Assembly: GCA_964572255.1 (NCBI GenBank)
Contig: CAZNEE010000001.1
Span: forward strand, 203,587 to 267,586
DNA length: 64,000 nucleotides
Direction of reading: 5' to 3'
From: an uncultured Planctomycetia bacterium
Lineage (GTDB): Bacteria > Omnitrophota > Gorgyraeia > Tantalellales > Tantalellaceae
Below, piece by piece: positions 49,586 to 59,728 of the stretch; position 1 is the first letter of the stretch, and each line of letters starts with the position of its first letter. The position numbers and the translations under genes are program-made. The notes beneath the pieces were generated by a model. That model was not told the origin of the DNA. It ran no database searches and was given only the letters and a program-made list of their open reading frames with translations.

Positions 49586-50320
49586 ATGGCTGAAGATATT
49601 TTTCTATCGATAATCATACCGGCTTATAACGAAGAAGCGAATATAGTAAATACGCTTACGGAGATAGCGGATTTTTTGGATGGCAAAGCTTTTTCAAGTG
49701 AGGTAATTTTAATAGATGACGGTTCAAAAGACAGGACCTTGGAAGAGGCACTTATTTTCGAGGAAAAAATACCCAATTTTCGCATTATTGAAAGTAAGCC
49801 CAATAAAGGCAAAGGTTATGTAGTTAAAAAGGCCATGCTCCAGGCACGGGGAAAATATGCGATGTTCATGGATGCCGATAATTCGACTTCCATAGATGAG
49901 ATTGATAAATTTTTCCCATACCTTGAAGAAGGATATGACGCGGTAATAGGTTCAAGAAGATTAAAAGATTCACAAGTGACCGTTCCCGAATCATTCATGA
50001 GGATCCTATTGGGAAATGTTTATATATTATTATCAAAGATCATTCTTGGCTCAAAGGTAAATGATTTTAACTGCGGGTTTAAGGCCTATAAGGGGGAGTC
50101 GGCGAAGAGGATCTTTTCCCTGCAAAAGATGGATGATTGGAGCTTTGATACGGAGCTTATATTCTTGATCAATAAGCTTGGAATGAAGCTGAAAGAGGTG
50201 CCCGTAAAGTGGGCTCACAAAAACACTTCGAAGGTAAAGCCTTTTAAAGCCGGAGTAGAATCTTTTCTAAGCCTTATTAAGATCAAGTGGAATGATATTA
50301 AAGGGATCTATGAAAAATAA
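49586..50320 (+). CDS. Second GT2 polyprenol-phosphate glycosyltransferase
   Basis: SIIIPAYNEE, DDGSKD, NKGKG, FMDADNS and DFNCGFK. Confidence 0.9.
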   Translation: MAEDIFLSIIIPAYNEEANIVNTLTEIADFLDGKAFSSEVILIDDGSKDRTLEEALIFEEKIPNFRIIESKPNKGKGYVVKKAMLQARGKYAMFMDADNSTSIDEIDKFFPYLEEGYDAVIGSRRLKDSQVTVPESFMRILLGNVYILLSKIILGSKVNDFNCGFKAYKGESAKRIFSLQKMDDWSFDTELIFLINKLGMKLKEVPVKWAHKNTSKVKPFKAGVESFLSLIKIKWNDIKGIYEK

Positions 50321-50444
50321 ATACCGTTTTATAGAGATTTTATTCTTGATCTGGTTTGTTTTCATCTTTTTGACGTATGCCGGATCTTTTATTGCTCCTA
50401 AAATTTCTGAGAACTTACCAAAGATCCAAAATATATTGAAATAA
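50310..50444 (+). CDS. 44-aa single-pass small membrane protein (below the ORF-track cutoff)
   Basis: MKNKYRFIEILFLIWFVFIFLTYAGSFIAPKISENLPKIQNILK*; overlaps the upstream gene end and stops 1 nt before the next ATG. Confidence 0.6.
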   Translation: MKNKYRFIEILFLIWFVFIFLTYAGSFIAPKISENLPKIQNILK

Positions 50445-50445
50445 A

Positions 50446-52209
50446 ATGTCTGATTTTGTCCTTCTCATACTGATATCCTTCATTGCTTATGGTGTCGGAG
50501 ACTTCATTGCCAGATCAATGAAGATAAGATCCTCCAGGCTTGAAAATTTCGTATTTTCAACAGGTTTAGGCCTGGGGATCATAGCTTATATCGTATTTAT
50601 TTTAGGGCAAGCCGGGCTTGTATATTTCAAAATCCTAATAATCACTTTGTGTGTGCTTTTCGCTTTGTTCTTTAAAAACATTCTTTTACTTATAAAGGAT
50701 CTATATTCTTACGTAAAGAACATCAAAATAGGGGACTGGTCACTTTTTGATAAAATACTACTAGCGGTGTTAACTCTGGCGTTTGTTTTCAGCTTAGCAG
50801 GCGCTCTAGCTCCGCCCATCGGCAACGATGCCCTGGCATATCATTTAATCCATCCAAAGATCTTTATAAAAACGCATTCTGTAAGTTTTATTCCGTACAC
50901 ACGAGAGTCCTTATGGCCTTATCTGACCGAGATGCTTTTTACTTTAGGGATGCTTCTGGAAAATTCCATTTTGGCCAAGTTGTTCCATTATTTGTTCGGG
51001 GTGCTTGCTGCAATAGCTGTTTATTGTTTCGCCAGGAGATTTGTTAATAGAAAAGCCGGACTACTTTCAGCCGCCTTGTTTTATTTATCCCCGGGTATAT
51101 TCATGCAGGCAAGTTATGCTTACGTTGATCTATCTTTATGCTTTTATGTTTTTTGTGCGTTCTATCTTTTTCTTTCATGGATAACCGATAGAGAGATCCA
51201 ATATTTGGTATTTTCAGGCATTCTATTTGGACTGGCACTGTCAGTGAAGATTCTGGCAGCTATTGGGCTTATTCCCGTACTGGTGCTTCTGCTTTATGTT
51301 TTAGTAAAAGAGAAAAACCTTATAAAAACTTATATTTCACACCTTTCGGCTTTCCTGATCCCTTTGTTTTTATTCAGCTTTATATGGTATTTGAGGAGCT
51401 ATTTAATAACAGGGAACCCGGTATATCCGTTCATGCATGAAGTTTTCGGCAGTGGATGGTCCGCAGCGCACATAGCTGAAAGTTACGGCTATATGAAAGG
51501 GCCTATAGGCTTATTAAGGCTTCCTTGGGATCTTGTTATGCATATGGAGAGTTTCGGCGGGGAACAAATAGGGTTTTTATTCCTTGCTCTTCTTCCGGCA
51601 TTGATATTTACAAGGTGGGGGAACAGATCAAGGCGTTTTATGGCATTTTTCATGATAATTTATATGGCACTGTGGTTCAAGATAGATCAGAACATCCGGT
51701 TTCTTTTTCCTGTGTTTCCGGTAGCTTTTGTGCTTATCTCTGACGGATTGGATCAAATATTCATAAAAAGGAACTTTAAACTTTTAAAGACTTTCATTTC
51801 AATAGGGCTGGTATTCAATCTAAGCTTAGCTTTTTACTACAATGTAGGTCCGATCAAAATTCTTACCGGACGCATAAGTGAAGATGAATACCTGCTCAAA
51901 AAAGAAAGGACTTATGCTGTTTCTAAGTGGGTTAACTCTAATGTCAGTAAAGATTCCTTATTAATATTGGCAGGCGAAACCCGGGAATACTATTTTGACC
52001 CACATGTAATCAAATATAAGCGCATGACAAATACCAAAAAAACCTTCCAGGAGATAACTGCCCCCTATAAAAGCGTTTATATTTTATGCAAAGATGACAC
52101 CATGGATGAATCTGTTAAAAAGCTTATATATGCTAAAAAACCCCTTTTTACCTCATCATTTACAGAAGATGGCATAAAAAGTACCTATTCCATATACAAG
52201 CTCAGATGA
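50446..52209 (+). CDS. GT-C-like polytopic membrane glycosyltransferase
   Basis: APPIGNDALAYHL, AYVDL, ALSVK, WYLRSY...GNPVYPF and RFLFP. Confidence 0.72.
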   Translation: MSDFVLLILISFIAYGVGDFIARSMKIRSSRLENFVFSTGLGLGIIAYIVFILGQAGLVYFKILIITLCVLFALFFKNILLLIKDLYSYVKNIKIGDWSLFDKILLAVLTLAFVFSLAGALAPPIGNDALAYHLIHPKIFIKTHSVSFIPYTRESLWPYLTEMLFTLGMLLENSILAKLFHYLFGVLAAIAVYCFARRFVNRKAGLLSAALFYLSPGIFMQASYAYVDLSLCFYVFCAFYLFLSWITDREIQYLVFSGILFGLALSVKILAAIGLIPVLVLLLYVLVKEKNLIKTYISHLSAFLIPLFLFSFIWYLRSYLITGNPVYPFMHEVFGSGWSAAHIAESYGYMKGPIGLLRLPWDLVMHMESFGGEQIGFLFLALLPALIFTRWGNRSRRFMAFFMIIYMALWFKIDQNIRFLFPVFPVAFVLISDGLDQIFIKRNFKLLKTFISIGLVFNLSLAFYYNVGPIKILTGRISEDEYLLKKERTYAVSKWVNSNVSKDSLLILAGETREYYFDPHVIKYKRMTNTKKTFQEITAPYKSVYILCKDDTMDESVKKLIYAKKPLFTSSFTEDGIKSTYSIYKLR

Positions 52210-52236
52210 CATCTATTGACAACTATTGACAACTAT
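52207..52236 (+). repeat. Three tandem 10-bp direct repeats TGACAWCTAT
   Basis: TGACATCTAT TGACAACTAT TGACAACTAT immediately upstream of a promoter. Confidence 0.85.
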
Positions 52237-52245
52237 CTAATATTC

Positions 52246-52274
52246 TTGACATAATCCTACCCGTGTGTTAATAT
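52246..52274 (+). promoter_or_regulatory. Sigma70 promoter for the HTH gene and pse block
   Basis: TTGACA-N17-TAATAT with an extended TG; AGGAGG RBS before 52353. Confidence 0.65.
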
Positions 52275-52352
52275 CTCCTCTAAATATAGCAACATATAAC
52301 TATAATATATAACAGCAAGCTTAACATTTTCCTTAAATTAGGAGGATTTATC

Positions 52353-52592
52353 GTGGAAATTAAAGAAAATGCTGTCTACACAAGAGAGGAATCCCAGGAG
52401 CTTCTAAAGGTGAGCCAAAGCACGATGATGCGCCTTATTAAAAAAGGCATTATCCAGGCTGCCAAGGTAGGGAAGCAGTATAGAATAATGGGCAAAGAGC
52501 TCTTGAGGGTAGTTTCGCCTGAATTAGAGGACAAGGTCGGCAAAGTGTATAACAAGGGCCGACATTGGCTTCATGAAGGCATAGACGAATAA
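52353..52592 (+). CDS. Excisionase/MerR-like (HTH_17, BldC-like) small DNA-binding protein
   Basis: VYTREESQELLKVSQSTMMRLIKKGIIQAAKVGKQYRI pattern. Confidence 0.82.
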   Translation: MEIKENAVYTREESQELLKVSQSTMMRLIKKGIIQAAKVGKQYRIMGKELLRVVSPELEDKVGKVYNKGRHWLHEGIDE

Positions 52593-52615
52593 AAAATTTA
52601 AACAAGGAGACTGAT

Positions 52616-53653
52616 ATGCAGGATATATTCAAAGACAAAGTTATTCTCATTACCGGAGGAACAGGATCTTTCGGGAAAAAATTCACAGAAATAATCCTTT
52701 CAAAATTCAAACCCAAAAAGCTTATCATATTCAGCAGAGACGAAATGAAACAATATGAGATGCGGCAAAAGTTTAAAGAAAAAAATATAAGGTTTTTTAT
52801 TGGTGATGTAAGGGATGCCGATAGGTTACATAGAGCCTTTAGCGGCGTTGATTATGTCATTCACGCTGCTGCGCTTAAGATTGTACCTGCTGCTGAATAT
52901 AATCCGTTTGAAGCTGTAAAAACCAATGTTATTGGAGGTGAAAACGTTATCAATTTGGCCATAGATAATGGTGTAAAAAAAGTAATAGCTTTGAGTACGG
53001 ACAAGGCAGCCAATCCGATTAATCTTTATGGAGCTACGAAACTTTGTGCTGAAAAGATGTTTATAGCTGCCAATAACTATTCTCCCCGCGGGACTCACTT
53101 TAGTGTTGTTCGATATGGAAATGTTTTTGGATCTCGTGGCAGTGTAGTTCCTTTCTTTAAAGAATGCAGAAAAAAGGGAGAGGTTCCTATAACTGATGAG
53201 AGGATGACAAGATTTTGGATAACACTCGAACAAGGAGTTAATTTCGTACTTCAATGTTTGGAAGAGATGAAGGGAGGAGAAATTTTTATTCCTAAAATAC
53301 CAAGCATGAGAGTAACAGATTTAGCTCAAGCCATATGCCCAAACTGTAAACAGAAGACAATAGGTATCAGGGCTGGTGAAAAATTACATGAAACTTTGGT
53401 TCCGGAAGATGATGGTATTCATACATATGAGTATGAAGATAAATTTGTTACATATCCTTATGTTGTAGAACATCTGGGAGCAAAGGATGGAGGATCTCCA
53501 TTATCTTCAGACTTTGAAGGATATAGGAGTGACAACAACACTGATTGGCTTTCAGTGAAAAATTTGCAAGAGATGGCAGGGACAGAAGAAGAAAATAAAA
53601 CGAAGGATAAGGCCCATGAAGAATATACCTTACGGTCGGCAACTAATAGATAA
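52616..53653 (+). CDS. pseB: UDP-GlcNAc 4,6-dehydratase (inverting) PseB
   Basis: GGTGSFG, SRDEMKQ, HAAALK, STDKAANPINLYGATK and RYGNVFGSRGSV. Confidence 0.93.
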   Translation: MQDIFKDKVILITGGTGSFGKKFTEIILSKFKPKKLIIFSRDEMKQYEMRQKFKEKNIRFFIGDVRDADRLHRAFSGVDYVIHAAALKIVPAAEYNPFEAVKTNVIGGENVINLAIDNGVKKVIALSTDKAANPINLYGATKLCAEKMFIAANNYSPRGTHFSVVRYGNVFGSRGSVVPFFKECRKKGEVPITDERMTRFWITLEQGVNFVLQCLEEMKGGEIFIPKIPSMRVTDLAQAICPNCKQKTIGIRAGEKLHETLVPEDDGIHTYEYEDKFVTYPYVVEHLGAKDGGSPLSSDFEGYRSDNNTDWLSVKNLQEMAGTEEENKTKDKAHEEYTLRSATNR

Positions 53654-54779
53654 GGATGATATAAGAGCTGCAGTAGAGGTTCTGAAGTCAGACTGGATTA
53701 CACAGGGGCCAAAAATAAAAGAATTCGAAGATGCTCTTACCAGGTACTGTGGAGCGAAATATGCTGTAGCTGTTTCGAGTGGCACCGCAGCTCTTCACAT
53801 TGCTTGTTTAGCTGCGGGATTGAAAGAACAGGGAGAAGCTATTACCACACCCATAACATTTCTTGCAACTGCCAATTCTATTATATATTCAGGAGCAAAA
53901 CCTGTCTTTGCTGATATAAATTATGCAACAGTTAATATCGATCCAAAAGAGATTAAGAAAAAGATAACCAAAAAAACCAAAGCGATTTTGCCTGTGCATT
54001 TTGCTGGTTTGCCATGCGATATGTCAGAAATCCATAAAATTGCTAAGGACAATAATCTAACTATTATTGAAGATGGTTGTCATGCCTTTGGAGCAGAGTA
54101 TAGGAGTAAGGGCAAGTGGGTTAAAATCGGAAGCTGTAGGTATTCTGATATGACTGTTTTCAGTTTTCATCCTGTTAAACATATTACAACAGGTGAAGGC
54201 GGAGCGATAACTACAAATAACAGGAAAATATACGAAAAACTGTTAGCTTTGCGTTCACACGGTACTTATAAAACTCAGGAGATGATAGAGGGCAAGGGAC
54301 TATGGTATTACGAGATGAGGGATCTAGGATTTAATTACAGAATAACAGATATTCAGTGTGCTATAGGATTATCACAAATTAGAAAAATAGATGATCTTAT
54401 CCAGAAAAGACTGAGGATTGCAGAAATTTATGATAAAGAATTTGGGTCTATAGATGGCGTTGAGATTCCTAGAGTAAATAAAGATAAAAAGCATACTTAC
54501 CACCTCTATTTACTTAAGATAGATTTCGATAAATTGAAAACAAGCAGAAAGAAGTTTGTATCTCTTTTGAAGAAGAAAGGAATTTTTACTCAAGTACATT
54601 ATATTCCGATATACAAACAGCCTTATTATAAGAAGAGGTACAAGGTTAATTCTAAGAATTTTAAAAATAGCGAGAAATATTACAAAAAAGCGTTATCTAT
54701 CCCGATTTATTCAAAAATGACTGATTCTGAAGTTAAGAGGGTTGTATCAAACATAAAGGAACTATTGAATGGAAATTAA
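53616..54779 (+). CDS. pseC: UDP-4-amino-4,6-dideoxy-AltNAc transaminase PseC
   Basis: IPYGRQ, WITQGP, FSFHPVKHITTGEGG and LGFNYRITD. Confidence 0.92.
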   Translation: MKNIPYGRQLIDKDDIRAAVEVLKSDWITQGPKIKEFEDALTRYCGAKYAVAVSSGTAALHIACLAAGLKEQGEAITTPITFLATANSIIYSGAKPVFADINYATVNIDPKEIKKKITKKTKAILPVHFAGLPCDMSEIHKIAKDNNLTIIEDGCHAFGAEYRSKGKWVKIGSCRYSDMTVFSFHPVKHITTGEGGAITTNNRKIYEKLLALRSHGTYKTQEMIEGKGLWYYEMRDLGFNYRITDIQCAIGLSQIRKIDDLIQKRLRIAEIYDKEFGSIDGVEIPRVNKDKKHTYHLYLLKIDFDKLKTSRKKFVSLLKKKGIFTQVHYIPIYKQPYYKKRYKVNSKNFKNSEKYYKKALSIPIYSKMTDSEVKRVVSNIKELLNGN

Positions 54780-55530
54780 AGCAGAAGGGTCAAAAAATAT
54801 TGTTGCAATTATTCAGGCACGTATGGGTTCTACACGCCTGCCGGGAAAAGTGTTAATGGATATAAGCGGCAAATCCATGTTATGGCATGTAGTGAACCGC
54901 CTCAAGAGAAGTGAAATAATTAATAACATTGTTGTTGCTACAAGTGTTAAAAAGGAAGATGACGTTATTGAAAATCATTGCAGGCAACATGGCATTGATT
55001 TTTACAGAGGCAGCGAGGAAGATGTTCTTGATAGGTACTATCAGGCTGCTAAGACCTATAAGGCAGATGTTGTGGTACGAATTACAGCGGATTGCCCTTT
55101 AATCGATCCGAATGTTGTAGACAAAATAATTTGCAAGCATTTAGATAACATGAGTAATTCTGATGGCTCAAGCAATGCAATAGATCGTACATTTCCAAGA
55201 GGACTTGATACAGAAGTGATGAAGATGTCTGTTTTAGAACAGATGTGGGAGAGAGCTCAGGAGGACTATCAAAGAGAACATGTCACTCCTTATTTATATG
55301 AACATCCTGAGAAATTTGAAGTATTAAGTGTAAAAGATGACAGAAATTTATCAAATTTGCGTTGGACTGTAGACGAAGAAAGAGACCTAGCATTTATAAG
55401 AGAAATTTATAAGAGGCTGTATAAGCAGAAGGATATATTTTTATTAGATGATATTTTGAAACTGCTGGAAATCGAACCTAACCTAAGAGAGATAAACAAG
55501 GATGTAAGACAAAAGATAATTAATAATTGA
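54769..55530 (+). CDS. SpsF/PseF-type cytidylyltransferase
   Basis: IIQARMGSTRLPGKVL, GSEEDVLDRY, RITADCP and REHVT. Confidence 0.85.
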   Translation: MEIKAEGSKNIVAIIQARMGSTRLPGKVLMDISGKSMLWHVVNRLKRSEIINNIVVATSVKKEDDVIENHCRQHGIDFYRGSEEDVLDRYYQAAKTYKADVVVRITADCPLIDPNVVDKIICKHLDNMSNSDGSSNAIDRTFPRGLDTEVMKMSVLEQMWERAQEDYQREHVTPYLYEHPEKFEVLSVKDDRNLSNLRWTVDEERDLAFIREIYKRLYKQKDIFLLDDILKLLEIEPNLREINKDVRQKIINN

Positions 55531-55580
55531 ATTCAAGAAAATAGTATAGAGATCAGTTTTAGTATTTAAAAGGAGAAAAA

Positions 55581-56567
55581 ATGTTAAAAGAAAACGAAAT
55601 AAGACCTGCGGAATTAAGAAAAAAATCTTGCGAACTTTTCGAACAAGATGCGAGAGAATTACTCGCCTTTGGAGATAAATTTGTTGAGATTAACTGTCCT
55701 GCTTGTGGGACCGATAATAATTCAGTTTATTTTGTAAAAAATGGTTATAAATTTAAAAAGTGCCAAACATGCAGATCCCTTTATATATCTCCTAGACCAA
55801 CAGTAGAACTACTTGAGAACTATTATACCAATTCTAGGGCTTCAAAATTCTGGCAGGAAAAAGTTTTTAAAGTATCAAAAGAGGCAAGAATCGAAAAAAT
55901 ACATAAACCTAGGGTTGATATGGTTCTAGAATATGTAAAAAAATACAACATTGATACAGATCTATTATTAGAGGTAGGTGCAGGTTCAGGTTTTTTTGGC
56001 TTAGAGTTAAATAAGAGAAAAATATTTAAGAAAATAGTTTTAGTTGAGCCAGCTCCTATCGAATTCGAACAAAATGAATCAATTGTCCTCATAAATGATG
56101 TTGTAGAAAATGTTAAATTAAAAGAAAAACCCAATGTAGTCGTAAGTTTTGAATTGATAGAACATATATTTTCTCCTTATGAATTCCTGAAAAGTGTATA
56201 TGAGTTAATGCCTGAAAATTCTTTTATAATATTGACTACTCCTAACATAGAGGGTTTTGAGTTATTGACTATAGGAGAGAAATCTTCAAACATCGGTGGC
56301 CCAAGCCATTTAAATTATTTTAACACTACTTCAATTAATATATTGCTTCAAAAAGTGGGATTTAAACCTGTTTTAGTAGACACCCCTGGTGAACTTGATG
56401 CAGATATAGTTATAAATAAACATTTAGAAGGCGGGCTAGATATTTCAAATCAGCCATTTTTGAATCATATTCTTATTGAAAATGCCGATAAACATCTTGA
56501 ACGTTTCCAGAAATTTCTTCAAGAATCAAAACTATCTTCTCACATGCTTGTAGTGGCTAGAAAATAA
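55581..56567 (+). CDS. SAM-dependent methyltransferase with N-terminal zinc ribbon
   Basis: CPACG...CQTC, LEVGAGSG, FELIEH and TTPN. Confidence 0.8.
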   Translation: MLKENEIRPAELRKKSCELFEQDARELLAFGDKFVEINCPACGTDNNSVYFVKNGYKFKKCQTCRSLYISPRPTVELLENYYTNSRASKFWQEKVFKVSKEARIEKIHKPRVDMVLEYVKKYNIDTDLLLEVGAGSGFFGLELNKRKIFKKIVLVEPAPIEFEQNESIVLINDVVENVKLKEKPNVVVSFELIEHIFSPYEFLKSVYELMPENSFIILTTPNIEGFELLTIGEKSSNIGGPSHLNYFNTTSINILLQKVGFKPVLVDTPGELDADIVINKHLEGGLDISNQPFLNHILIENADKHLERFQKFLQESKLSSHMLVVARK

Positions 56568-56610
56568 GAATAAATACAGTTAATTCTTGATTTGGAGGAA
56601 GAAAGAAATT

Positions 56611-57603
56611 ATGAATGTTTTAATTATGACAGAGGGAGGCAAGACCAAAGGGTTTGGGCATATCGCAAGATGTATAGCCTTGTACCAGGCTTTTGAAGAA
56701 AAGGGCATTAGTCCTGAGATGTTTATTAATTGTGATGAAACTGCCAATGATCTACTAAGAGGTACAAAATATAAAAACGTGAATTGGCTAGCTGATGATA
56801 CGGAAGTTCTTAATATTGCAAGCAATAAAGATATAGTGATTATAGACTCATATACGGCTGATGAAGATTTTTATGAAAAAATTTCAAAGTTAACAAGAAC
56901 CCCTGTTTATCTAGATGATAATAAAAGAATTAATTATCCGAGAGGCTTGGTTGTAAATGGAGGGATTTGTGCTGAAGAAATTGATTATCCACAAAAAGAA
57001 GGGATTGCTTATTTATTAGGTCCAAAATATATACCTATAAGAAGAACCTTTTGGCAGGTTCAGGATAAAGCGATTAAAACAGAGATTAAGAACGTAATGA
57101 TAACTTTTGGAGGGGACGATTCGGCAAATCTAACGCCAGGCATTTTGCATGTTTTAAATGAAAACTATCCAGAGTTAATAAAAAATGTTGTTATTGGAAA
57201 AGGATTCAAAAATATTGATCAAATAGAAAGAGCAAAGACAGAAAATACGGTATTAATATATTTCCCTGATGCTGAAGATATTAAAAAGACAATGTTTGAA
57301 TCAGATTTAGCTTTGTCTGCAGCTGGACAAACATTGTATGAATTGGCGAGGATTGGGGTTCCCACCATAGCAGTAGCAGTTGCTGACAATCAGTTAAATA
57401 ATGTGAATGGATGGGGAAAAACAGGATTTATTTCTTACGCTGGTTGGTGGGAAGATAACTTATTATATAAGAATATAGGCATCCAAATTAATGAATTTAA
57501 TGATGTTTGCAAAAGAATAAATAGCATGAAAACTGGCAGAGATTTGGTTAACGGAAAAGGCGCTAGAGCTATAGTTGAATTTATTATGATGAGGGAGGAT
57601 TAA
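56611..57603 (+). CDS. pseG: UDP-2,4-diacetamido-2,4,6-trideoxy-beta-L-altropyranose hydrolase PseG-like
   Basis: GFGHIARC, IIDSY, TFGGDD, AAGQTLYE and VADNQ. ATG 56611 is preferred. Confidence 0.82.
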   Translation: MNVLIMTEGGKTKGFGHIARCIALYQAFEEKGISPEMFINCDETANDLLRGTKYKNVNWLADDTEVLNIASNKDIVIIDSYTADEDFYEKISKLTRTPVYLDDNKRINYPRGLVVNGGICAEEIDYPQKEGIAYLLGPKYIPIRRTFWQVQDKAIKTEIKNVMITFGGDDSANLTPGILHVLNENYPELIKNVVIGKGFKNIDQIERAKTENTVLIYFPDAEDIKKTMFESDLALSAAGQTLYELARIGVPTIAVAVADNQLNNVNGWGKTGFISYAGWWEDNLLYKNIGIQINEFNDVCKRINSMKTGRDLVNGKGARAIVEFIMMRED

Positions 57604-57604
57604 A

Positions 57605-58300
57605 ATGGAAAATTTAAGAGAAGCATGGAAAGATATTTGGAATGGAAAAGCCCAATCGGAAAACATGTTTGTCCAAATCGGAAGGAGCTCTTATTCTCCG
57701 CTAGATTTTTTATTAATGGTAAAAGATATATGTAAATCATTGGATTTTAATAAGGAAGATATAGTGTTGGATGCAGGTGGAGGCGCAGGGTGGGTATCTA
57801 TAAGCGTAGCTCCTTTTGTTAATAAAGTTGTCTTATTTGATTTTTCCGAAAAAATGATTGATGCGGCAAAGGAAAATACAAAGTTCTATGAAAATGTAGA
57901 ACTTTACCACGATGATTTATTAGTTATGAATAATGTAAAAGATAAGAAATATGCGAAAGTCATAATAAGTTCAGTTATACAATATTTGGAAGATTACGCC
58001 CAAATAGAAACAGCACTCACTAATATTTATAACGTTTTAACAGAGGGAGGGAAAGCTGTATTTACCCATAATCCAGATATGCGAAAAAGACAAGCCCACA
58101 TTGATTCGTACTCTCGACTCGATTGGCCTAAGGAAAAAATTAATGCAGCACTTGCGAAGGAAGAGGAGAGATTGTGGCTTGAAATAGATGAGCTAAGAAA
58201 AACTTGCTCTAAAATAGGATTTTCTGAGTTTTACGAAGTTCCTATTAATCCCAAACTTTGGCAATCAACCCATATGTTAGATTTTGTTGTTAAAAAATGA
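57605..58300 (+). CDS. Class I SAM-dependent methyltransferase
   Basis: VLDAGGGAG, FDFSEKMI, SVIQYL and LTEGGK. Confidence 0.82.
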   Translation: MENLREAWKDIWNGKAQSENMFVQIGRSSYSPLDFLLMVKDICKSLDFNKEDIVLDAGGGAGWVSISVAPFVNKVVLFDFSEKMIDAAKENTKFYENVELYHDDLLVMNNVKDKKYAKVIISSVIQYLEDYAQIETALTNIYNVLTEGGKAVFTHNPDMRKRQAHIDSYSRLDWPKEKINAALAKEEERLWLEIDELRKTCSKIGFSEFYEVPINPKLWQSTHMLDFVVKK

Positions 58301-59016
58301 AGGTATTAATAAGTCAGCCAAGATATTTACCAGCCATTAATTATCTGCAAAGATTATATTTTGCGGATCTATTTGTTTTTTTAAACAATGTCCAAAGACA
58401 AGCACGTGGATGGGAAAATAGAAATAAGATTTTAATTGATGGCAATGAAAAATGGATAACCATACCTGTATCTTCATCTTCTAGGGTGCTTATTAAGGAC
58501 ACGAAAATTTCCGGAAAAGATTGGATAGATGTACATAAGAATATAATCAATAATGCATATCGAAAGCATCCTTATTATGATAAAAAAATCGTTGATCTGT
58601 ATTACGCTGATGTGAAGGAAGCGCTGGAAAAGAATGATTATAGTTTTACCGATTGCCTTGTAAAGTTGACAATAAATGCATGTAAGATATTTGATTTTCA
58701 GCCAAATCTTGCATGGTCAAGTTTTTACGATCGGACAGATGAAATTAAAGGTCCAAAAAAACTACTGGAAATTTGCCGTGCAACAGGAGCCACTACTTAT
58801 ATTTCTGGTGCTAATGGTAGAAAATACGGGATAGTTGATGCTTTTAAGGGCGGAGAGATTGAGGTTAAGTTTCATGATTATGAGTATCCCTTATACGATC
58901 AATTTGGGGGTAAAAATTATGTTCCATGGCTATCTTTTTTTGATCCAATATTTAATGTAGGGTTGGAAACGGTAAAAAAGTGGATTTATAAACAACCGCG
59001 ATTAACAGAAGAATAA
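58297..59016 (+). CDS. WbqC-family protein
   Basis: SQPRYLP, WENRNKI, WITIPV, YISGANG and YPLYDQ...WLSFFD. Confidence 0.85.
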   Translation: MKVLISQPRYLPAINYLQRLYFADLFVFLNNVQRQARGWENRNKILIDGNEKWITIPVSSSSRVLIKDTKISGKDWIDVHKNIINNAYRKHPYYDKKIVDLYYADVKEALEKNDYSFTDCLVKLTINACKIFDFQPNLAWSSFYDRTDEIKGPKKLLEICRATGATTYISGANGRKYGIVDAFKGGEIEVKFHDYEYPLYDQFGGKNYVPWLSFFDPIFNVGLETVKKWIYKQPRLTEE

Positions 59017-59028
59017 AGAGGTGAGAAA

Positions 59029-59706
59029 ATGAGTAAAATTCTTATAGTAGCTGCGCATCCTGATGATGAGGTTTTAGGGTGTGGAGGAACAATTGCAAGA
59101 TTGATTAAAGAAGGACACGAAGCTTATACGTTAATTTTAGGGGAAGGAATAACCTCGAGGGATGAAAAGAGAGATGTCAAGAGACGAAAAAAGGAGATAG
59201 ATAACTTGAAAGACCAAGTTTATAAAGCCAATAAAATCATGGGCGTAAAAGATGTTTTTATTAATAATTTTCCAGACAATAGATTTGACGACACCCCTTT
59301 ACTTGATATAGTAAAAGTTATAGAAAAAAAGAAAAAAGAAATAAAACCGGAAATCATTTTCACACATCATTCCAATGATTTAAATATAGATCACCAAATT
59401 ACATTCGAAGCTGTCATTACCGCTGCTAGGCCTCTCAAGGGTGAATCGGTCAAAACAATTTACTCTTTTGAAGTAATGTCATCTACGGAGTGGAATTATC
59501 CTTTAACTTTTTCACCAAATGTGTTCTTTGATATATCAAGCACAATAGATAAAAAGTTAGAAGCTGTCGAAGAATATAAATCTGAAAAGAGGCCTTTCCC
59601 ACATCCTAGATCACTTAAAGGTATAAAATCTAATGCTTCAAATTGGGGTGTGAAAATGGGCGTAAAACATGCTGAGGCGTTTGAATGCATCAGATGTATA
59701 AGATAA
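59029..59706 (+). CDS. PIG-L family N-deacetylase
   Basis: AAHPDDEVLGCGG, THHSNDLNIDHQ and FPHPRS. Confidence 0.9.
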   Translation: MSKILIVAAHPDDEVLGCGGTIARLIKEGHEAYTLILGEGITSRDEKRDVKRRKKEIDNLKDQVYKANKIMGVKDVFINNFPDNRFDDTPLLDIVKVIEKKKKEIKPEIIFTHHSNDLNIDHQITFEAVITAARPLKGESVKTIYSFEVMSSTEWNYPLTFSPNVFFDISSTIDKKLEAVEEYKSEKRPFPHPRSLKGIKSNASNWGVKMGVKHAEAFECIRCIR

Positions 59707-59728
59707 TAGATTTTTAGAGGAGAATGTT

